Virus record (IMG/VR): IMGVR_UViG_3300023199_000204
Coordinates: 1-64,000 of that record
Length of the DNA stretch: 64,000 nt
Strand: one strand, 5' to 3'
Part shown: in pieces, positions 56,008-64,000 of the stretch
Position numbering within the stretch: position 1 is the first letter of the stretch
Layout: each line of letters opens with the position of its first letter
Made by a program: the position numbers and the translations under genes
The notes under the pieces: model-generated
Told to the model about the DNA's origin: nothing
What the model saw: only the letters and a program-made list of their open reading frames with translations
The model's database searches: none

Positions 56008-56838
56008 ATGGCTTTTGATAACAGGGCTCGGTTAGAGCCAAGAGATTTGCCTATTAATGATACTATAGATAATAGTAAAGCATCAGTTAGAATAGGAGAT
56101 TATGAATCTCCATCAATTTTACAACTTAATCCAAATATTAAGGATGGTAAAAGAGATAGGCAGCTCATAATTTGGAGAGTTCCACAACTTGGGTTTGTTC
56201 CTATGTATATTAATCCACAACAAATGAGATTACAAGAGAAAAAAGTTATTCAAAAGCAAAGAACTAAGGGCGGATATGTAATTCAATATTGGGGAGAGGA
56301 GCTTCCTATAATAACCTTAGAGGGTTCAACTGGTGCTTCAGGAATTGAAGGTATTAATATTTTAAGAAAAGTGTATAGGGCTGAACAAAATGCTTTTCAA
56401 CAAGTATCTCAGACATTAGCAGATAGATTACAATCATTTACTGTTGGAGGGACCCTGGCAAACTTAATTGGAGCAGGAGCGGAACAAAATACAGGAAATG
56501 CTATTGCTCAGGTAGGCGCAAGTTTATTTGGAGGTTCGGCAAATCCTCCTTTGCTTCCAACACTTGGTTCTTTAGCAGTTTCAGTTGAGCTTTTCCACCA
56601 GGGTTGGGTATTTAAAGGATATTTTAATGAATTTTCAATTACAGAGTCAGTTACACAGGGTGTTGGGGTATTTAATTATAGTATGACATTTACAGTATTA
56701 GATAGAAGGGGAACGAGAACTAATTTTATGCCCTGGCATAGATCTCCAGCAACTCTTGACTCAGAATCAGAAAATCCACTTGCTTATTTCAAATCTAATG
56801 CTGATTCTACGCCACCAAGTTTTGGCGGGGAGGAATAA
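56008..56838 (+). CDS. Baseplate/tube-initiator-like protein
   Basis: MYINPQ....K......TKGG...QYWGE....I...G.TG and F.GYF..F...E....F.YS..F tube-like fold; synteny. Confidence 0.6.
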   Translation: MAFDNRARLEPRDLPINDTIDNSKASVRIGDYESPSILQLNPNIKDGKRDRQLIIWRVPQLGFVPMYINPQQMRLQEKKVIQKQRTKGGYVIQYWGEELPIITLEGSTGASGIEGINILRKVYRAEQNAFQQVSQTLADRLQSFTVGGTLANLIGAGAEQNTGNAIAQVGASLFGGSANPPLLPTLGSLAVSVELFHQGWVFKGYFNEFSITESVTQGVGVFNYSMTFTVLDRRGTRTNFMPWHRSPATLDSESENPLAYFKSNADSTPPSFGGEE

Positions 56839-59800
56839 TGACAGTTTTTGTTTCCACACAAGCGGGTCTTGGCGATGGATTAAATAGTGTATTAAATGAG
56901 TTTGGAAAATCCGTGGGCATTCCGGGTTTTCCAGAACCAGGGGTTTCTTCAAACACTCCAGATATTCAAAGGTTAAAAGATTTTGCTGGAGGAATATTAT
57001 CTAAATTAAGGGGCGAGACGCCAGTAGAAAAGTTTGATCCAAATTATGTCGGAACAGGAAGACAACTTGTTGTTGGTGGCAATATTCAGCAAGGAAAAAC
57101 ATCTCCTTTGGAAGAGGGAAATGTAAGACAAGTTTATTCTCAAACTCCCAATATAAGTATTATTGTAAAAAAACGACCTTTTTCTTCTCTTAAAAATTTA
57201 TATGATCCTAAGCTAATGGATCCCGCAGAAAAGTGGCTTTTAAGAGCTACGAAGAGACTTATTTCAAGAAAATGCTCTATAATGGCAGATTATGAAAGAC
57301 TAAATAAAATAGATGTGGCGTTTAGTAATAATAAAGATACGAGCCAGATTATATCAGCTTTGTTTGCTCAAGCAGCAGAGCTTGATGGTGATATTAATTC
57401 ATTTACCTCTGCTACAATTTTAGAAAAATCAGTTCAGGATAGAAGACCAGTAGCCATAAGCACATATTTTACCAATCAATCACTTCCTGTTTTAGAGGAG
57501 TTAGGTCCGGGAACAGGAGTTTTTGAAATCACTACAATCTCCAACCTTAACACAAATCTAGATCTTGACGGTAATGGAAACGCTAGTTTTAATTTAGAAG
57601 ATCCTTATCATATATTATTTGTAACCGAAGAGGATATTGAGTCAGCAATAAGAGACACTGCGTTGTCAAATTTTGTTGATTCTTTAAACCAAGCATCTGC
57701 TTCAAGTTTAGCAACTGCTCAAATGAGAGATTCTTTACTATCTGAATCAAGAAGATCAAAGAGCCAAAGTGCTATCAGTTTTACTGTTAATATCGGTGGT
57801 AAAAAGCCCGTAACTGCTGTAATAGATTCGCTTGGTTTTGAAATTTCTCCAGATAATCTTGAAGATGTTCCAGAAGCACAAGCTTTAGACTCTGATGATC
57901 AGTCATCTTTTGAAGCAATCTATAATCTTTTAGAAACATATAGTCAGGCAACTAATAAAACTATTTTATCAGGTTTTAATAATATAAATGGAAAAGATAT
58001 TAAAGAACAGATAAAATATACTAGAAGTAAAATGAGATTATATTATTTAGGTAAGTATTTAATTCAACCAATGGACACTATCCATATGTATATTGATGGA
58101 GGAACGAGAAGAAATAACGAAGGGAATGATATAAATAACAACCTAAATAATGATCCAATTAGCATTGCTGGAAATATTTTAGGACTACAAGATGAAGCTC
58201 AAATTGATAATTCCTTATTAAGAGTTGAATGGGAAAATGAAGCAAAGGGGCTGATGAAGTTTGAGGATTTTAAAAAATTACGCTCTTTACAAACAAGTGG
58301 TGAAGGAGCAGGATTTCACGTTTTTGGAGGAATAGTGGGCAAAGTAACAGATAAGTATGATGCCGAGTCTGGAAAATATAGTATGTCAGTTAGTGTTCAA
58401 TCAAATATGGAATGGCTTAGAATTTCTAGATATAATGCTCAACCTTCTTTAGATCAAACTCAAGGAATCGTTTATGATCCGCTAACTCCTTTTAAAATTA
58501 ACACAGACCCTGCTACTGGATTACCCACAGGAAAGCCAGAGCTTCTCGATGCTAATTTAAGAAGGCTTGGAAGCAGTGCTTGTAAGTTATATTTCAATAA
58601 TGGTCCGTCTCTAGGTTCAGAAGTTACAAGTGTTGAAGATATGAATCAAGATGTTAGACCCCTAGGGGGCAATCTTATTGCTTTATACCAGCACGCTCCT
58701 GGCTTAGTTTATCGTTGGAAAGAAGGAATTATGACGGCGGTATATGATATGCAGACAACTGATCCTTTAAATAGAACCCGTGTTGATAATAGACAACTAA
58801 GGAGAGATGTTGGTTTTTTTGCTAGTCATACTGCTTTTGATAATATGGATGCGGCAAATATAATTAGTGTAATGGTTACGGGTTTTCCTTACAACCCTTC
58901 TACATTTGTTCAGTCTGCTATTCAAACAGGAGCTTTCGTTCCAGACACAACATTAAACAGCAAAACTGATTTCTTTTCCACATTTTTGGAGATTCAGAGA
59001 TCTGTAAATTATGTTCACGGTTCTTTTCAACCATTTCGGTCTTTTAATACTGACCCCGCTGATCTTGCCAATGCTATAAGATTTCAAAGACAGCTTACTG
59101 GAAAATCAAATAAGCTCACTCAATTGAGAAATCAAGAAGCAACTATATTGGACAGAATAAGAATTTTGGTTCAGGACGCCAAAGTTTCTGATGTAGCTAG
59201 AACACAGCTTACAAATTTAAATATCACAAGAGAGAAAATAACAAAAGCAGAAGAGGAATTTTCCAGTCTTGTTAAAACTAGTGGTAAAGAGCAGGAGCAA
59301 AATATTATTAGAGTTGCTGGTGATGATATTACCTTTGATTTAGAGTTTTTAGATTCTGACGACAGGGTTAGATTATTTGGCGATAGAATGATACACGCTG
59401 TTTTAAGAAGAAGAGAAGATGTAATTAACAACAGAGATAAAAACTATTTAATTATATCTGATGAATATGATAAAGATTTTGATATTCAGGCATTTGCTTT
59501 AAGATTAAGAGAACAAAGCCCAGATTTATTTAAAAGTGATTGGCAATCAGTTTATCAGCTTTGCCAGACTGTGGCAAATACGTTGAACTTCGAGTTTTTC
59601 GCAAACACCCAAGGTCATTTGGAATTTAGACCGCCTCAATATAATAGAACTCCTGTCTCTGTTTTAGAGGCAATGTTTAGATTATCAAGTACAGCTGGCA
59701 TTAAAGTATATCCAGATTTTCTATCAAGTTTGTTTGAAGGAAGGGAGAGAAATCTAGTAAAAGATATAGAAATATTAGAGTGGCAAATAAGATTAAAAGC

Positions 59801-61544
59801 AGCTTTGCTTGGAGCATCTAGTGATTCTGATGTTCAAGACATTGTTTTTAAAAAATCGGGCTCTGAACTTTTATTTCTTTCACAAGAGCTTGATGCTATA
59901 AGAGCCGCTGCTAAGGATAGAGCACAGTTCTCTAAGCAAAGGTTAGGTTTGTTAGAGGTAATTAGAGGAGCGAACGCAAGTGCCCAGTTGCTTAACTTTA
60001 CTAATGAAGGTTTATTTTCTGTCAAATCACAAATTAATTTACAAAGAAGATTAAATCCAAAAGTAGATGCTAGTAGTACAAATATAATTGGAAAAATAAG
60101 TGCTGAAGGAAACGAAGGGTTTTATAACACTACTAGGAAGAAATTAGTAAACCTTACAGGAAGACAACTTAGAAATTTCCCTGAATTTAATGATGCGAAA
60201 ATTGGAGCTTCAAGGAATGGTCAAACTACTCCTGCTACTGATGTTGCTAGAATTATTTCTGACATCTCTGGTTTTATAAGTAGAAGGTCTAGATTATTAA
60301 GAACTCTAGAGAAAGTTCTTGAGCAAAGTATTGAAATAGGACAAATTTCAGAAGGTGGAAAGCTAAGTTTAGGTGGATTTAGAAGTCCAGATTTAAGTGA
60401 TTTTACTTCTGGAGCATTTAGCAAACTAGTTCAAGATGATACTAAAAACACTTTGGGTCATTTATCAGGATCTAGATTTGTAATAAGAGATGACGTAGTA
60501 AAAGATTTTACATTTGAAGAAGCACCTCCTGCTATAACAACTGTTTCTGTTAGTGGCACCGATCCTATAGTTGGAGAACCCAATGGAGGAATTGCTGGCG
60601 GAATGCCTCTTTACCTAGCTTATGGGGTAGATTTTGATTCTTGGAGACAATATGGTTGGAGGGCGGAAAAGCCGTTTAATAAACCATTTTTCTGGAGTGC
60701 TGAATTACAATGTGCCTCATACGCTGTAATGTTACTTTCAAGACAAAGAGCAGATATTTTAAAAGGTAATATTACTGTTATGGGTAATGAGTTTTATCAA
60801 CTTGGAGATGTTGTTTATGTTGTTGATAGGCAAATGTTATACTATGTTCACGGAATAAGTCATCAGATAGGGTATGACAACTCATTTAGCACATCTTTAA
60901 CTTTAAGATACGGTCATCCTCCTGGAGAATATATTCCAACCCCACTTGATGTTATTGGAAAAGGATTAACAACCAAGGCTGGCTCACAGAGTGCCTATCG
61001 CATAAGAAGAGAAAGACCAAGAAATGATTTTGTTCTTGGGGTTGTGAAATTTGATGCAGAACTGGATAGTGATAATCCATTAGCAGGGTCGCACGGAGCA
61101 AGAAACTTTAATATACTTAAAAATGCCGCCATAGCAGCCAAAAAAGACATAGATCCTAATGATACTACGAATAGTCCTAGAATATATGTTGTAGGGTTTG
61201 GATCAGAAGATATGAGCAGTAAGGTCAACAATGTTAAAAGTTGGTTCTTAAATCCAGAGAGACCAGGTGCTTCAAGTGGAATAGGAATTCCGTCACCTTT
61301 TTCATTATTGTCTGGATCAGGAAATGATTTAGCAAAATATAAAATCTCATCAGCTTTATTAAACACACAGTTGGTAAGACAGTGTTTGCCTAAAAATGAA
61401 TTAAATCCTGAAGAATTAGAGGCAATAAGGAAAGGGATTGTTGCTGATGAACAATCTTTCTTTTTTGATGAAATGTTAAATACAGTGGTTGAAATTAGAT
61501 TAAGACTCCCTCCAGCAGGTGGTTGGACTAGGAGTAATCAATGA
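56838..61544 (+). CDS. Baseplate hub protein (gp27/gpD-like, expanded)
   Basis: FEFFA..QG.LEFRPPQYN; G.ITV.G.....LG..VY......YYV..ISH......F.T.L.L.YG. Confidence 0.65.
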   Translation: MTVFVSTQAGLGDGLNSVLNEFGKSVGIPGFPEPGVSSNTPDIQRLKDFAGGILSKLRGETPVEKFDPNYVGTGRQLVVGGNIQQGKTSPLEEGNVRQVYSQTPNISIIVKKRPFSSLKNLYDPKLMDPAEKWLLRATKRLISRKCSIMADYERLNKIDVAFSNNKDTSQIISALFAQAAELDGDINSFTSATILEKSVQDRRPVAISTYFTNQSLPVLEELGPGTGVFEITTISNLNTNLDLDGNGNASFNLEDPYHILFVTEEDIESAIRDTALSNFVDSLNQASASSLATAQMRDSLLSESRRSKSQSAISFTVNIGGKKPVTAVIDSLGFEISPDNLEDVPEAQALDSDDQSSFEAIYNLLETYSQATNKTILSGFNNINGKDIKEQIKYTRSKMRLYYLGKYLIQPMDTIHMYIDGGTRRNNEGNDINNNLNNDPISIAGNILGLQDEAQIDNSLLRVEWENEAKGLMKFEDFKKLRSLQTSGEGAGFHVFGGIVGKVTDKYDAESGKYSMSVSVQSNMEWLRISRYNAQPSLDQTQGIVYDPLTPFKINTDPATGLPTGKPELLDANLRRLGSSACKLYFNNGPSLGSEVTSVEDMNQDVRPLGGNLIALYQHAPGLVYRWKEGIMTAVYDMQTTDPLNRTRVDNRQLRRDVGFFASHTAFDNMDAANIISVMVTGFPYNPSTFVQSAIQTGAFVPDTTLNSKTDFFSTFLEIQRSVNYVHGSFQPFRSFNTDPADLANAIRFQRQLTGKSNKLTQLRNQEATILDRIRILVQDAKVSDVARTQLTNLNITREKITKAEEEFSSLVKTSGKEQEQNIIRVAGDDITFDLEFLDSDDRVRLFGDRMIHAVLRRREDVINNRDKNYLIISDEYDKDFDIQAFALRLREQSPDLFKSDWQSVYQLCQTVANTLNFEFFANTQGHLEFRPPQYNRTPVSVLEAMFRLSSTAGIKVYPDFLSSLFEGRERNLVKDIEILEWQIRLKAALLGASSDSDVQDIVFKKSGSELLFLSQELDAIRAAAKDRAQFSKQRLGLLEVIRGANASAQLLNFTNEGLFSVKSQINLQRRLNPKVDASSTNIIGKISAEGNEGFYNTTRKKLVNLTGRQLRNFPEFNDAKIGASRNGQTTPATDVARIISDISGFISRRSRLLRTLEKVLEQSIEIGQISEGGKLSLGGFRSPDLSDFTSGAFSKLVQDDTKNTLGHLSGSRFVIRDDVVKDFTFEEAPPAITTVSVSGTDPIVGEPNGGIAGGMPLYLAYGVDFDSWRQYGWRAEKPFNKPFFWSAELQCASYAVMLLSRQRADILKGNITVMGNEFYQLGDVVYVVDRQMLYYVHGISHQIGYDNSFSTSLTLRYGHPPGEYIPTPLDVIGKGLTTKAGSQSAYRIRRERPRNDFVLGVVKFDAELDSDNPLAGSHGARNFNILKNAAIAAKKDIDPNDTTNSPRIYVVGFGSEDMSSKVNNVKSWFLNPERPGASSGIGIPSPFSLLSGSGNDLAKYKISSALLNTQLVRQCLPKNELNPEELEAIRKGIVADEQSFFFDEMLNTVVEIRLRLPPAGGWTRSNQ

Positions 61545-63745
61545 ATTATGTTAGCAATCTCATTAGGTTGGCAGTTATAACAAATGTTGATCACGATGGT
61601 GGAATTGTAAGCACAAGATGGCTTGACCAAACAGCTTTACCTGGACCAGATGTTCCTGTTCCCCATCCCTTTGCTGGAAAGGGCGGGGAAGGAATTTTTA
61701 TAGCTCCAAAGCCTGGAAACATTATAGCTTTAGATGTATCTGCTCACGAAAGATATATCCCTGTATCTATTCTTCCTTTAAGAGCCTATTATCAAGATTT
61801 AAACTCTATTTCTGAAATAGGTTTTGATGAAATAGAATTTCCTCAACTTGATAATGGAGAAATTGTTATTCAAGGTTCTACTGGAGGTCAATTTAGGTTT
61901 GATAATGATGGTGAGGTTTCTATTAAAAATGCTTTTTCTGAAGGAATATCTTTTGGTGGAGACGATGATAGCTCTCACAGATGTTCAATCTATATAGGAA
62001 CTCCTGTAGATTATAAAGTAGACCAAACTGGCTTAAGTGCTTCTGGATTGGTAAGAAGAGATGTGCGAATAGAATCTTCGGAGAGAGACTTTGTTGATTT
62101 TCTTACTGAGATTAGTTCCGAACAAAGCCTCGAAGAAATTGGATGGGATCCAAGCAAAAAAGTAAGTTTTATAACAAGGTCCTCGTCTGCTGAGGTAAAG
62201 GGCAAGGCGCAAAATAGAAAGTTTAGAAATCCTGGTTTAATTGAAAAAAGAAATATTATACTTGAATATGGCAGAGATTGGGATTTTGGAACTTATCAGG
62301 AAGAACTTGATAGGCTTACAACTTCTCAAGTTACTCTAAACGAACTTGATGATAGAAGGGAAAGAAGAAGCAATTCGTTAAGTTTATCTTTGGCATTTCC
62401 TAATGAATTAATGGAAGTAATTAGTGGAACGGTAGTTGATATTTTTGGAAACCCAATTGATATTAATAGAGTTGCTATCGAAGCTCCAAGAGGCAAAGAT
62501 AGGGAATTTCTTAATGATATTTTGGAAAAAATGCGTCATACAATGGCATATCATATGGAAATTAATGCTAGAAAGGGGTGGGATTATAGGGCGAGAAATA
62601 CATTTGCTGACCGACCAGACCCTCCTATATTTACTGTTCCTGATATATTTAGCTCTGCGAACAATGCTAGAGACAGAAGTAAATTTTCTTTAGATATTGA
62701 TAAAGAAGGGCAGCTTAAAATAAATGTTCCGGCATCGTCAGAAACTGGAAATATATCATTTTTAACCAGAAATGAAAACTCTAGTACTATTGAAGTTGAT
62801 GATAATGGAAATCCTAAAAAGAATGTTAGAGATGATTTTAGAGGATTGCATAGAAATATAAAAAATCAAGATATATTTTTGGACCAAGTTGGTCCTGGTG
62901 GAATTAAAGTTTTAGGGACCTCTGTCAAAAATAGATTAAGTGGGAATAAATCAAGTTGGATAGATCCAGATCCAACAGACAGTTCCTCTTCTACGGGAGA
63001 AAGGAAAGAGTTGCCCGAGTTTATTGAAGCCGGAACTGCTTTTCACAACATAACTCAAACAGCTGCTCTTTTATTAAGAAGCAATTTAAATCAAACAGCA
63101 ACTGGTGAGTTAAATGAGGACGATGCTGCTCCTTCTGAAGGGGCAGTTTTGAAAGAGATTAACTCTAGAACCCCAAGTAACGAAAATCCTTCTCCTAATG
63201 CGGGAGGAAGAAGTTTACAATTAAATTTGGATGGAAGTATAGAAACATCTATAGGTGCGAACACATCAGATAGAATTTCTTGGATGTTAGATACGGCAGG
63301 AGCGCTTATTGCTAGAATAGGAAGGGATAAATCTGGGCGAAGTGCTATAATTCAAACAGATGGCGAAATTGCTTTAGAGATTGGGGGATTTGATTATATA
63401 GGGGAGGATGGAACAGATGAAGTTGATACGAGATTTGTGGGAAGAGGTAAAGATAGGACTATTTCTTTACCTTCTGACCCTAATAGATTTAAAAGTGGAA
63501 AGTTTGTCATAAGGGTTAGAAGATCCAATGGTGAGCAAACTGGACCTGATGTAGATAAAGAAGATCATTTAATTATAATTGAACAAACAGGAATAACTAT
63601 TCACTCTGCCGGAAGGATGAATTTCATAAGTGAAATGGACACTGTAATAAAAAGTGGCAGCAGGGTGGTAATAGATGCTCCAAAAGTTCAAATTTATGAG
63701 CAAAATCCAAGATACTTCTCAAGATCAGGCAGAAGAATATCGTAA
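61541..63745 (+). CDS. Baseplate central spike (gp5/gpV-like)
   Basis: N-terminal OB-fold-like I..VD...G.V...P..G; beta-strand repeats at the C-terminus; follows the hub. Confidence 0.55.
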   Translation: MNYVSNLIRLAVITNVDHDGGIVSTRWLDQTALPGPDVPVPHPFAGKGGEGIFIAPKPGNIIALDVSAHERYIPVSILPLRAYYQDLNSISEIGFDEIEFPQLDNGEIVIQGSTGGQFRFDNDGEVSIKNAFSEGISFGGDDDSSHRCSIYIGTPVDYKVDQTGLSASGLVRRDVRIESSERDFVDFLTEISSEQSLEEIGWDPSKKVSFITRSSSAEVKGKAQNRKFRNPGLIEKRNIILEYGRDWDFGTYQEELDRLTTSQVTLNELDDRRERRSNSLSLSLAFPNELMEVISGTVVDIFGNPIDINRVAIEAPRGKDREFLNDILEKMRHTMAYHMEINARKGWDYRARNTFADRPDPPIFTVPDIFSSANNARDRSKFSLDIDKEGQLKINVPASSETGNISFLTRNENSSTIEVDDNGNPKKNVRDDFRGLHRNIKNQDIFLDQVGPGGIKVLGTSVKNRLSGNKSSWIDPDPTDSSSSTGERKELPEFIEAGTAFHNITQTAALLLRSNLNQTATGELNEDDAAPSEGAVLKEINSRTPSNENPSPNAGGRSLQLNLDGSIETSIGANTSDRISWMLDTAGALIARIGRDKSGRSAIIQTDGEIALEIGGFDYIGEDGTDEVDTRFVGRGKDRTISLPSDPNRFKSGKFVIRVRRSNGEQTGPDVDKEDHLIIIEQTGITIHSAGRMNFISEMDTVIKSGSRVVIDAPKVQIYEQNPRYFSRSGRRIS

Positions 63746-63765
63746 GAATATCGAAAGAATATCGT
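63733..63765 (+). repeat. 11-bp tandem repeat AAGAATATCG(T/A) x3
   Basis: Units at 63733, 63744 and 63755, spanning the spike stop codon up to the next RBS. Confidence 0.9.
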
Positions 63766-63776
63766 AAGGAGATATA

Positions 63777-64000
63777 ATGGCACAAGATACACTTCCGGTT
63801 CAAATACCATTTCCGGAGGAAGGCGAACAGCCAAAAACATATTCTGAACAATTATCGCAACTTAACTGTGTTTGTTCAGGAGGGGCAATAATTAGTCCAA
63901 TAACACTTCCTAGTGCTACAGTTAATTTAGGAGATATTATTGCTGATCATTCTAGAGTATTATCTAATTTTGCCTCAGCCTACAGTGTAATTACAATAAT
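63777..64000 (+). CDS. Next baseplate-region protein (5' part, truncated by the window)
   Basis: AAGGAG RBS; frame MAQDTLPVQIPFPEEG... open to the window end. Confidence 0.65.
   Translation, partial: MAQDTLPVQIPFPEEGEQPKTYSEQLSQLNCVCSGGAIISPITLPSATVNLGDIIADHSRVLSNFASAYSVITI

Noticed and set aside
46551-63745. Extracellular contractile injection system or tailocin instead of a phage
   Set aside because: A major capsid gene, decoration, scaffold-like and neck genes are present in the same module.
1525-63851. Numerous short minus-strand and nested ORFs in the track
   Set aside because: They are shadows of longer + strand genes, with no RBS or recognisable motifs. Only 45869..46360 was kept.

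Overview
This AT-rich window, almost entirely on the + strand, is the virion morphogenesis region of a large contractile-tailed phage (myovirus, probably jumbo-type). The order is an acidic scaffold-like protein (partial), a cluster of putative internal head/ejection proteins, two paralogous capsid decoration proteins, an HK97-type major capsid protein, fibre/spike and neck proteins, tail completion protein, sheath, two tail tubes, a tail chaperone with a -1 frameshift, tape measure, baseplate hub and spike. About 15 free-standing homing-endonuclease-like genes (LAGLIDADG, HNH, Vsr/DUF559-like) are interleaved, some decayed. Several modification enzymes also sit among the structural genes: a DNA amino-methyltransferase, a DUF2156/Fem-like transferase, a SPOUT-like protein, a class I methyltransferase and a sulfotransferase-like gene. 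The most notable unexplained patterns are: (1) a D-G-Y tripeptide (variants D-S-Y, D-A-Y) strongly enriched only in surface-exposed virion proteins, a candidate post-translational modification tag; (2) a shared helical 'LA..LD..G...A..VD' module plus K-x-A sites across many head-associated proteins, a candidate packaging and maturation code; (3) a CTAYYAAW-N7-TAT candidate late promoter; (4) a second candidate -1 frameshift in a head gene; (5) a GC-rich fibre module grafted onto a small repeated anchor domain; (6) +1 homopolymer lesions confined to accessory genes. All product calls come from motif recognition and synteny by eye; no database searches were run.
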